Shown piece after piece: positions 39,740-50,300 of a stretch of DNA of 64,000 bases (position 1 is the first letter of the stretch; the number at the start of each line of letters is the position of its first letter). The translations under genes were made by a program, and so were the position numbers. Source of the DNA: an uncultured Hyphomonadaceae bacterium (GTDB lineage Bacteria > Pseudomonadota > Alphaproteobacteria > Caulobacterales > Maricaulaceae); the NCBI GenBank assembly GCA_963972195.1, contig CAXATH010000005.1, positions 114,327 to 178,326 of the forward strand. The letters run 5' to 3'. The notes under the pieces are model-generated. The model had not been told where the DNA came from and searched no databases. It saw only the letters and a program-made list of their open reading frames with translations.

Positions 39740-40000
39740 GGACAGCCCGCGGGGTCGGCCCCCTGCCGGAGACCGAATATAGATAACGTTTCGCAAAGGC
39801 CCGAGCCCCGCGGCAGCGATTGGAACCGGAACGGCCTCTTACATGGCTCCCACAGTCACGCCGGGACGAAGCCGTTTACAGCTCCTGGGCGCGGTAGGCA
39901 GGCTAACGCGTTCTCGGTGGCCCGGCACAGTCCGCCCGCGTCAACAGGCAGATGCTCAACCTCGCCGTCCCCCGAACCAGTGATGACGTCTCACCTGTCC
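39740..40000 (-). ncRNA. Unassigned structured non-coding element, copy 2
   Basis: Homologue of 10792-11050; G-U pairs form on the minus strand here, which suggests orientation. Confidence 0.6.
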
Positions 40001-40120
40001 TGCGCCCGAAGGAACAATTTTAAAGATAAGGGCAAATGGGGGAGTGAGGATCTATCTCTTGGAATTTTGATAACTGTCTGAACGGATTTGGGTTTTTAGA
40101 GGGATAAACGTGGATCATCT

Positions 40121-40284
40121 TCCCCCGTTTACGGGGTTTGAGCCAAAGCGACATGACATGTCGTGACGCGAATGACCTCGCGAATGCGAGGGGATGGGGG
40201 GAGCATAATACGCCAGCGTCTGTAACGTGAGGCTCCCCCTCCGCCTATGCTTCGCTTTGGCACCTCCCCCGTAAACGGGGGAGG
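40121..40284. repeat. CIR-like palindromic intergenic element (family R2), copy A
   Basis: Ends CCCCCGTTTACGGGG and CCCCCGTAAACGGGGG; its core is homologous to the reverse complement of 44008-44174. Confidence 0.75.
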
Positions 40285-40316
40285 GGAGCGTGGGGAGAGG
40301 GGTGAGGGGGTCTCAA

Positions 40317-41159
40317 TCACTGCCCCGTCGCAACAATCCCGTCAATTTCGTCCCAAAGGGACTGTTCCTTGCCAGCCGCCAACTCCGCCTCGAACCGCTT
40401 CTTGGCAATCCCGTAAAGGTAATCCTTATCCATATCGATGCCGATAAAGCGGCGCCCATGGCGCAGGGCCGCGACGCCGGTTGTCCCGCTGCCGCAGAAC
40501 GGGTCAAGAATAAGGTCGCCTTTATGGGTGGAGGCGAGGACGATACGCTCCAATAGCGCTTCGGGCTTTTGCGTCGGGTGCCGCCCAAAGGATTTTTCGG
40601 ATTTTTTTGTCAGGGGCAGATGCCAGACAGAGCGCATCTGTTTGTCCGGCTTTTTCATTTTATCTTCGGGCCAATCGCCGAACTTCATCGCCTCATAATT
40701 AAAAACATGTTTGTGTTTTTTGGCCGTCCGCGCCCAGACGAGCGTTTCGTGACTCGCCGTGAACATGCGGCAAGACAGGTTGGGCGAGGCGTTCGGCTTG
40801 AACCAGGCAATGTCGTTGAGGACATGCCAGCCCCCTTTTTGCAGCGCATAGCCACATTGGAAAATGGAATGATAGGTGCCGCTAATCCAGATTGTCCCGC
40901 CAGGACGAAGTTTGCGGTGACAGGCCGTAATCCAAGCCGTATGGAAATCAAAATCGGCTTCGGGACCTCGCGACTTATCCCAATCGCCCTTATTGACCGA
41001 CACCATTCTACCACCTTGGCAAGTGAACCCGTCATTGGAGAGATTGTAGGGTGGGTCGGCGAAAATCATATCGACGCTTAGATCGGTGATCTTCTCCAAA
41101 ACGTTGAGGCAATCGCCTTGGAGTAATGTGAAGCGAGGGTTTTCGGCCCCCGCCGCCAT
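40317..41159 (-). CDS. Beta-class N6-adenine DNA methyltransferase, DpnA/M.MboIB-like
   Basis: '[14 protein letters not shown]...[12 protein letters not shown]', 'HPTQKP', '[11 protein letters not shown]'; motif order DPPY before FxGxG. Confidence 0.88.
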   Translation of the reverse strand: MAAGAENPRFTLLQGDCLNVLEKITDLSVDMIFADPPYNLSNDGFTCQGGRMVSVNKGDWDKSRGPEADFDFHTAWITACHRKLRPGGTIWISGTYHSIFQCGYALQKGGWHVLNDIAWFKPNASPNLSCRMFTASHETLVWARTAKKHKHVFNYEAMKFGDWPEDKMKKPDKQMRSVWHLPLTKKSEKSFGRHPTQKPEALLERIVLASTHKGDLILDPFCGSGTTGVAALRHGRRFIGIDMDKDYLYGIAKKRFEAELAAGKEQSLWDEIDGIVATGQ

Positions 41160-41244
41160 TAACTAAGTCGTCGGGTCATAAGACCGCATAAATGCGATCT
41201 TTAGTTGTGTTTTGTCAAGTTGAGTTTTTTATTGCTAGGTGGAA

Positions 41245-41346
41245 CCCCTCACCCGACCTTTGGCCACCCTCTCCCCATGGGAGAGGGGAATAGAACGCTC
41301 TCCTTCTCCCGTGGGGAGAAGGTGTCACGAAGTGACGGATGAGGGG
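41245..41346. repeat. CIR-like palindromic repeat between the divergent MTase and nuclease genes
   Basis: CCCCTCACCCG...CCCTCTCCCCATGGGAGAGGG...CCTTCTCCCGTGGGGAGAAGG...CGGATGAGGGG. Confidence 0.75.
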
Positions 41347-41401
41347 CTGGAATTTCACGAATTTGATTGCCCTCTCGACAAATCCAATTATCCCTAAGTT
41401 G

Positions 41402-42178
41402 ATGACAGGGGAGTTTGATTGGGAAATGCGCGAGGATGCGGCCGCCTTTACGAGCGGGTCGCAAAAGGCGCGTGTCTGGACCGAAGGCTGGGTTCTACGC
41501 CAGATGTATTGCCCGTCCTGCGGGGAACGGCCCCTCACGGATTATACTAATAACAAACCCGTCGCCGATTTTTATTGTGGCCTCTGTTCCGAAGATTACG
41601 AATTGAAATCAACCAAGGGGAAATTCGGGAAAAAGATTACCGATGGCGCTTATGCCACCATGATGGCACGCCTCCAGAGTGAAACGGTGCCCAGCCTTAT
41701 GCTCTTGCGATACACGATGGCCGATAAAATGGTGCAAGACCTGTCGGTTATTCCGAAACAGTTTTTCGTTACCGATTTAATTGAACAGCGTAAGCCTCTA
41801 GCGGCCACCGCGCGACGCGCCGGATGGGTCGGCTGCAATATCCTGATAGACAAAGTTCCGAAAGCGGGGCGAATTTCATTGGTCGAAAACCGTGTGCCGC
41901 AACCCAAAGATCGCGTTTTGGACAAATGGGCCAAGACGCGTTTCCTCCGTGGAAAGACTTTGGATAAAAAGGGGTGGGTTCTGGACGTTCTCAATTGTGT
42001 CGAGCATATCGGGCAGACGGATTTTACGCTGGCCGATGTTTATAAATTCGAGAATTATCTGAGCGAGTTGCATCCCGAAAACAACAATGTGAAACCGAAG
42101 ATACGGCAGCAATTGCAAGTGTTGCGGGATGCGGGGATTTTGGAGTTTGTTAGGCGCGGAGAGTATCGCTTATCCTAA
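41402..42178 (+). CDS. DpnI/Dam-replacing-protein family methyl-directed endonuclease
   Basis: 'SQKARVWTEGW...YCPSCG', 'NNKPVADFYC..C.E.YELKS', winged helix 'KIRQQLQVLRD.G..EF..RG.Y'. Start moved out of the repeat to ATG 41402. Confidence 0.88.
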   Translation: MTGEFDWEMREDAAAFTSGSQKARVWTEGWVLRQMYCPSCGERPLTDYTNNKPVADFYCGLCSEDYELKSTKGKFGKKITDGAYATMMARLQSETVPSLMLLRYTMADKMVQDLSVIPKQFFVTDLIEQRKPLAATARRAGWVGCNILIDKVPKAGRISLVENRVPQPKDRVLDKWAKTRFLRGKTLDKKGWVLDVLNCVEHIGQTDFTLADVYKFENYLSELHPENNNVKPKIRQQLQVLRDAGILEFVRRGEYRLS

Positions 42179-42462
42179 AAATTCGTTGCAATCATGATTT
42201 TCAAAGAACATTAAATCATTTTCTTGTGGAACATTGCAAGAGTATGTAGATACGCCCTCTTCGGCTGTTATCCACAATACATTCACATACTTATGTTCAG
42301 TTCCATTCAAAATTAGTCGGCAGACAATGGACATATAGTCCTCCCAATTAACATGAGTCAGTTGAAATTATCTGTCTTATTACCTAATAGCGTGGTGCCA
42401 GCCTGCTTTGGTTAAGACAGTCGCCTTATCGGTGACTCGTTTTCCGATGCAGCTAAGATGGG

Positions 42463-43038
42463 TCAGAGCAATTGTTCTGGCCCATTTTGCTTTAAATTCT
42501 TTCTGTAATCCCTAATTCTGTATGTTGCGGTAGATTTGCTTACTCCAAATACCTTGGTCGCTTCCGAGGGAGACATGGACGGACAAATTAACTCAAAAGG
42601 CATCAAAAGAGCGGCTGCGAACCGATTTGCTTGTGCTTCGCTTTGACAATATGGCTTATCAGGGTGTTTGCTAAGTAATGCCATAACTGGTGTTTGACCT
42701 GCATGGAGAAATGCATGGCCGAGTTCATGGGCGACTGTGAAGCGATCCCTGAAGAAGCCACTACAAGCCCCCTCGTAAACTGATTTTTTCAAAAAGATGG
42801 TTTTACCGTCAATTGATGTACATCCTTCGTAACCACTGGCCTCATCATTTTCTACGATTTCTAATTGTATGGCGTCAGAGCTATTGTAAAGTATCTGTTC
42901 TAATGTTGCCATTACTGGGAAATATTTAGTACTGTCAAAGCCGTAAGCTTTTCGCATGAGCCATGCATCACGGTCTATGCTTTCCCAAGAACGAGGCTTT
43001 ACTAGAAAATTGTTATGATCGAAATTCATTTCTCGCAA
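42463..43038 (-). CDS. ImmA/IrrE-family metallopeptidase
   Basis: 'RDRFTVAHELGHAFLH' (HExxH), 'EAQANRFAAALLMP'; AT-rich. Confidence 0.88.
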   Translation of the reverse strand: MREMNFDHNNFLVKPRSWESIDRDAWLMRKAYGFDSTKYFPVMATLEQILYNSSDAIQLEIVENDEASGYEGCTSIDGKTIFLKKSVYEGACSGFFRDRFTVAHELGHAFLHAGQTPVMALLSKHPDKPYCQSEAQANRFAAALLMPFELICPSMSPSEATKVFGVSKSTATYRIRDYRKNLKQNGPEQLL

Positions 43039-43391
43039 CCTTTGTATTCGTTTAGGAACAAAGTTTTAAGTTCTTGAAGTTTTGTATCTGAAATTTTTGG
43101 TAACTGACGAGCAAACATTGCTACAGTTTCTTGTTGAATACCCGTCGATGTTGAAATCGAAAATTCATTTCTTGCAAGCGCATACTCTTTTAACAAGTCT
43201 TCAGCGCTTTCTTCAGTAAGCGAATAGGCCTCTAGAATTTTAGAATCAAATCCAGAAGGCGGCTCTTTTCTTCCATGTTCAACATTTGAAATAAATGCGG
43301 TCGAAACGCCGAGTTTCCGACTCATATCTAAAATTCTTTCACCTCTATCGATTCTAAGGTTACGGAGTTCTCTACCAAATCTAGTTATCAT
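43026..43391 (-). CDS. XRE-family HTH regulator
   Basis: 'FGRELRNLR...DMSRKLGVSTAFISNVEHGRK'; overlaps the peptidase start. Confidence 0.88.
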   Translation of the reverse strand: MITRFGRELRNLRIDRGERILDMSRKLGVSTAFISNVEHGRKEPPSGFDSKILEAYSLTEESAEDLLKEYALARNEFSISTSTGIQQETVAMFARQLPKISDTKLQELKTLFLNEYKGCEK

Positions 43392-43547
43392 AACTTCCTA
43401 TTACCCCATATGTAGTGTTACCTGTAGGTATAATGATTCTTTAAACGCAGGCAAGCAAAAAATTATACCTACAGGAATAAATTCAGCATGCGTTGAAAGT
43501 TGTCTTATTTTTTAAACGTTTAATATAAATAGAATCTAGCCTCACTC

Positions 43548-43573
43548 GGAACCCCACACCCCCTAAAATCATT
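43548..43573 (+). promoter_or_regulatory. Possible EcfG/SigT promoter
   Basis: GGAAC-N17-CATT upstream of the SpoIIAA-like gene. Confidence 0.45.
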
Positions 43574-43609
43574 CTATCTTTCCCCACCTTCGATTGACGG
43601 AGAGAGAGT

Positions 43610-43996
43610 ATGATCAAGACACCCACCACCCAACTCCAATTTAAAGACGGTATTGCCTTTATGTCCGTGACCGGGAAGGTTTCCGAGGCGGATATGGCGG
43701 CGGCGCTGGACTGGCTGCAATCGCAGGCCGAGCAGCAGGCGGAGTTCAATCTGTGCATAGAGATGGAAAAGCTGGAGTTTCCGAGCCTCGGCGCCTTCAA
43801 GGAAGAATTTGGCCGTCTGGGCGAAGTTTTCAAAATGGCAAAATCCATGAAGAAATGCGCGCTGATCTCGCAAAGCGGGTTTGTCCGCACCTTTGCCAAG
43901 GTCGAAGGCGCGCTCTGGCCGGCTCTGGAAATTCATGTTTATGAGCCTGAAGAGCGGGCCGAGGCCGTGGCGTGGTTAAAGATGGGATTGGGATAG
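43610..43996 (+). CDS. STAS/SEC14 (SpoIIAA-like) protein, copy 2
   Basis: 'FNLCIEM', 'KKCALISQ', 'AKVEGALWPALEIHVY'; GGAGAG RBS. Confidence 0.82.
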   Translation: MIKTPTTQLQFKDGIAFMSVTGKVSEADMAAALDWLQSQAEQQAEFNLCIEMEKLEFPSLGAFKEEFGRLGEVFKMAKSMKKCALISQSGFVRTFAKVEGALWPALEIHVYEPEERAEAVAWLKMGLG

Positions 43997-44007
43997 GGGT
44001 GTAATTT

Positions 44008-44174
44008 CCTCCCCCCGTTTACGGGTTTGAACCAAAGAAGGGTTGATAACCCTTCAACGTGAAAGGGTGGGCCGCGACTGCGGCTCGGAGGGGGGAGCTA
44101 CATAAAATGGAGGTTGGCGTAATACGCTCCCCCCATCCCCGCTTTGCGGGACTTCCCCCGTAAACGGGGGAAGG
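44008..44174. repeat. CIR-like palindromic intergenic element (family R2), copy B
   Basis: Same terminal palindromes as 40121-40284; core in inverted orientation. Confidence 0.75.
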
Positions 44175-44186
44175 AGTTTTGATCAA

Positions 44187-44212
44187 TAAAAAAGGCGGCC
44201 CGAAAGCCGCCT
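44187..44212 (-). terminator. Intrinsic terminator of groESL
   Basis: Minus strand AAGGCGGC-TTTCGG-GCCGCCTT followed by a T run. Confidence 0.7.
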
Positions 44213-44499
44213 TCATAATATTTCGCAAGACTAAAAAGTCGGCGAGGGATGCAACACTTAGACAATTTTGCTTTGGCAAAATTTCCAAGAAACTTCGGAG
44301 CGCAATTTTATTGCGCTCGTGTTGGGCGCATTTGCGTAAAAAAGGGCCACCTTTTCAGGTGACCCTCGAAATACTCGGACTGAGAGATCAGCGAGTGAGG
44401 CGAACGCTTTGGCAAATTTGCTTTGGGCAAATTTCCAAAGAAGTTCGGGAGGGCGGCTTTGCCGCCCTAATTTAATCCGCAGAGCGGATTAAATCCCTC
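44213..44499 (-). repeat. Multi-hairpin intergenic element (family R3), copy B, in the groEL 3' UTR
   Basis: Begins GAGGGAT 2 nt after the groEL stop; has two AAATTTG-CCAAAG-CAAATTT-type hairpins like copy A. Confidence 0.65.
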
Positions 44500-44501
44500 A
44501 C

Positions 44502-46163
<1,662 letters not shown>

Positions 46164-46205
46164 TTAGAGAATTGAGTGTTCAGGTATTAAAAAAGGCGTG
46201 TTGGC

Positions 46206-46493
46206 TTAACCAATCACACCCATGATGTCGGACTCTTTCATGATCAACAGGTCTTTGCCGTCAATCTTGACTTCTGTACCGCCCCATTTGCCGAATAAGA
46301 CGCGGTCGCCTTTTTTGACATCGAGGGCAACAACTTTGCCGTCTTCGCCGCGGGCGCCGGGGCCAACAGCAACAACTTTACCTTCGGAAGGCTTTTCAGT
46401 AGCGGTATCAGGAATGATAATGCCGCCGGAAGTTTTTGTGTCTTCTTTGACACGTTCGACGACCACACGGTCGTGGAGGGGACGAAATTTCAT
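46206..46493 (-). CDS. groS: Co-chaperonin GroES
   Basis: '[12 protein letters not shown]...[13 protein letters not shown]'. Confidence 0.99.
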   Translation of the reverse strand: MKFRPLHDRVVVERVKEDTKTSGGIIIPDTATEKPSEGKVVAVGPGARGEDGKVVALDVKKGDRVLFGKWGGTEVKIDGKDLLIMKESDIMGVIG

Positions 46494-46526
46494 AGTCTCA
46501 CTCTCTCAGGTTCTCAGGGTTAACGT

Positions 46527-46553
46527 TTAGCACTCCCATAGGGAGAGTGCCAG
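46527..46553 (-). promoter_or_regulatory. CIRCE element (HrcA operator)
   Basis: TTAGCACTC-N9-GAGTGCCAG directly upstream of groES. Confidence 0.92.
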
Positions 46554-46561
46554 TGACACGC

Positions 46562-46590
46562 ATATGAGAGGGAGCCCGGGCGTCCGCAAG
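46562..46590 (-). promoter_or_regulatory. Putative sigma-32 promoter of groESL
   Basis: Minus strand CTTG-N18-CTCATAT just upstream of CIRCE. Confidence 0.6.
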
Positions 46591-46770
46591 TGCGCTCATG
46601 TAAATTTTTTATAAAAATTTTGTATTCTTTCGGCCCTGAGCGGGGGCAGGCTGAATGCGCGGCGCCGAGACGCAAACGCCCCGCAAAATCATGCCAAAGG
46701 GGACAGGTTTTGCAGGGCTCTGAGGACTGCGAGGAGAGAGAGGTGCAGTCCCAAGGGTAAAGCCAAGGGT

Positions 46771-47235
46771 TTACTTGTTGACGTCAGGCCATTTTGCGTC
46801 CGCTTGAGAGATGAGATTGCGGCGATCGGCCTCCCATTGGCTCTGAATGTCTCCATTATTGTTCAGATAGAGCTTGTCATCGACAATCGACCAATGTTTG
46901 GCGTCGCCCTTGGCGGTTTCGCCTTGCGCGGCGGCCCAAGCGCAATAGCCGCCATATTGCGGCGCGTATTTTTCAGGGTTGGAAATAAACGCGTTGAGGT
47001 TTTCCAGAGACGAAAACTTCCATTCGGCGCCTTTATACCGTGTCGTGAACTTTTTATCGCCCTTTACCGCTTGCCCCTGTTTGAAATAGGCCACAGCGTC
47101 ATACCCCTGAATAGCGTCATTGGAAAATGTCCCTGTATAAACCGGGGAGTCATCTTCTGCCATGGCGGCGGGGGCCACCGCCAGAGCCGGCAATCCGGCC
47201 AGCGCGAGCGCGATGATATAAGACTTGAGAGGCAT
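46771..47235 (-). CDS. Exported YHS-domain protein
   Basis: 'AIQGYDAVAYF', 'PEKYAPQYGGYCAW', 'DDKLYLN'; start refined to ATG 47235. Confidence 0.85.
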   Translation of the reverse strand: MPLKSYIIALALAGLPALAVAPAAMAEDDSPVYTGTFSNDAIQGYDAVAYFKQGQAVKGDKKFTTRYKGAEWKFSSLENLNAFISNPEKYAPQYGGYCAWAAAQGETAKGDAKHWSIVDDKLYLNNNGDIQSQWEADRRNLISQADAKWPDVNK

Positions 47236-47388
47236 GGTGTCTCCTTTCAAAAGGAATAAATCCGATTTGTTCGCGAGCCTGCAAGGTTTAGGGCCCGCCA
47301 ACAATAAATCCCGCATAGCAAAATCAGTTCCCCACGTCTTTAAACAGAGGAGTCACATCTCTGTGAGAGGAAAAAAAGGGATGCCGTT

Positions 47389-50300
47389 TTATAATTTTAT
47401 TTCGGCATCCGGACGTCCTGCCTGTAGGGCGTTTATCCAGTGCTTAGCCAGTTTGGCCGTCCGGTATTCGCCGTAAAGTTTCTTTTCCTGGCGTTCGACG
47501 ATGGGAAAGGTGGAATAGATATAATCCACATCACCCGGGTCAGTGATGCCGTATAAGATGAAATATAGAGCGTCGAGCTTGGCTTTCAAATGTAAGCGCC
47601 GATCCTCATCCCAAATGAAGGGCGGTTTCACCTCGCCCGCCGCATCGACATAGCCCATATCCTTGGCAAAGGGGGCCATGTCATGAGCGGTATACGTCAA
47701 CTCTAGCACCGTCTCGCGCACAATCTCTCCCGCCGTTCTCGATCCAAATTTGACAGCCTCATAAGTTTCAGGAGGCACGACTGGGAGTTGTTCAACGATG
47801 TACCAGTTCATGCTAGTGCTATGAGCTTTAGTTCTGGCAACAAAATCAAATGAAATTGACGCCATATTTGCGAGTAAATAATTTTTCGAATTATCTGATG
47901 TACCCTGAAAAGATAATATTGGAAGCTTATTATTAAAAGCTGCGAAAGGCGTGAGCGATGTAACAAATGTCCGAACATCCGTCGCTCTGGCAATATCACG
48001 AAATGCCAAAAAGTATTTTGCGTCGTACTTCTCATTCACTTCACTTCGATTAACCCAATATTGTGGTGTTGGGACAAAATTTGGATTTTGTTTTTCTTCA
48101 AGTGTGACATCGCCAGAAAGAGCGGCATTATGCAAGTTGGCTTCGTTAAGTTTCACTGAGGCAGAGCGATGATCGTAAAGATGGATCATTCGTCCCACAT
48201 ATAATGGCACCCATTCACCACTTGGACTGTCCCATACATTGCCACCTATCGGGTAGGCTCCTTCATTTCTTTCTAACTCCTGACGGGTTCGAAATTTATC
48301 CGAATCATTTGTCATATGAAACATTGTTGAATATTTCACTGGCCAGGTTTTGATGGGTTCGCGGCCCGAGTGATCGATCAGAACCGGCAGGTTTTTATAA
48401 ACGGTGCGGGTGATTTCGGCGTCACGCCGCGTGCGAAAAATCGGAGCAGTGCCCGTATTGGGATTAATGCGGGCGAAGTCTTCGGGTGAGAGGGGGAAAC
48501 ACCGATCAGGATCTAATATTTCTTCGGGCGATTGAAGGAAAAATGCACATGACGCGGGTTTATCCAAGGAATGGCCAGAAATGATGATAGCCGAAAATTT
48601 AAACCGGCTATCCACATCTGGAAAGAATGGATCCAATCCGCATCGCGTCCGTCTATTTTCGAAATCATACAGCGCCTTCAACTTACCCGTGGTTGCGACC
48701 CCACTGAAAAATTTGGCGGCAGTTTTATCGCTGGCAATTCCTGAAGGCACTAATAGTCCCATCATACCGCCAGTTTTCAACAGACTTTGCGCACGTTCGA
48801 CAAAAAGGGAATAAAGATTAATATCACCGCGCCCCAAAAGAGGATAATGTCCGCCTTTTTTCTTGTCGCGCCGGGCTTCTGACAATTGCATCTGCGCCCG
48901 TTTATCAGCCTTTTTAAAGTCCTCAAAAAGCGGGTCGTCATTCTTCTCCAATTCGGCAATCGCTTTTTTCCGATCAGAGGCCCGGGGTTTCATCGCGATT
49001 TCAGGCCGACGGGCGGCAAACCATTCCACCTGTTGCAATTTTATTCTATCCCAAGGCGGATTACCTATGACGGCATCAAACCCGCCGTGGAAAGAAGGGG
49101 ATGACCATCTGTCCCAAACACCTGGAAACGCGACTTGCCAATGGAGAAAGTTCTCTTCCTCCATCAATTCTCGTGCCTCTGCCCAGATTTCAGCAAACCG
49201 TTCCGAGTCCCGAACGTTTTTCCGGGGTGGACGAGTGCCAGCCATAATCCATTTCGGGTCGCCGAAATGCTCAGTATAAAAAGCGCTGATAATACCTTTA
49301 TCTTTGGAGTTTAATTTCATCCAGCGTAGGGCATGGGCGAAACTCATGAAATGATAAAGGTCAGAAACCTTTTCCATCATTTCACCATACATGGATTTGG
49401 ACTGCTCGACTTCTTCAATTTCGGCATCGGCAAGCATTTCAATCGTTTTCATGATGTTTTCTGCCGACGCCGCTTCGCGCACGAGGGGTTGCGAGAGTAG
49501 ACTGCCGCCTAATAATTCAACATCATTTCTCCAGTCATAGACTGACATACCGAAAAGTGAATCACCGCATTTCAAATGGTGATCCAAAAAGGATAACGGG
49601 GCACCGACCGTAAAAGTGTGAAGCCAGAGCGAGACTTTAGCAAGTTCGACGGCCATAGCGTTTTTATCCACGCCGTAAATGCAGCGTTTCAAGACCATGC
49701 GGCGAATAATATGCGGATCGTCCAGATGTTCTTCTTTGACGGCCCATTGCTTTTCGCGAGCGTTTTCGAAAATTTTCTCGCGGGTTAGCTCGACCCGTTG
49801 AATAACCGCAGAGGGCTCGGATGTTCTCTCAATAGCTGTGGCAACTTCATCGGATAGGAAATCTACCAAGCTAACCAAAAAATGTCCTGATCCCATCGCC
49901 GGATCGCAGATTTTCAGTTTCAGAATTTCGTCCGCCGGATCAGCGGTTTCATAAGCGCGATCAATTAGGGGGCGTAGGGTTTCTTCGATAATCAAATCCA
50001 CCAGATTCTCAGGCGTATAATATGATCCTGATCCCTTTCGGGCGAATATATTAGGGCGGATATCAATTATGCCATCTGTCTCGGTAATTTCATATTCAAG
50101 CAAACGTTCGTACACGCTACCAAGTTGTTGCACGGACAGATCACGGTAATTGATATATTTTCGGTCTCCGGCTTCGGTTTTCGCAAAACACATAGCATCG
50201 ACCAAAGTCACCATGACGGTATCGGATAGGCGTATTGTTTCCAGTAATTCGTGTTTTTCTGAATTAAATAGTCCGCCATTATATGGCGGAATGCCAATGG

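Noticed and set aside
40317-41159. MTase as the cell-cycle methylase CcrM
   Set aside because: It is only 280 aa, lacks a CcrM-type C-terminal domain, has the DpnA/MboIB-like 'SVNKGDWD' segment, and lies in an accessory block.
42463-43391. Prophage or ICE immunity region
   Set aside because: No integrase, structural, replication or conjugation genes, and no att-like tRNA nearby.
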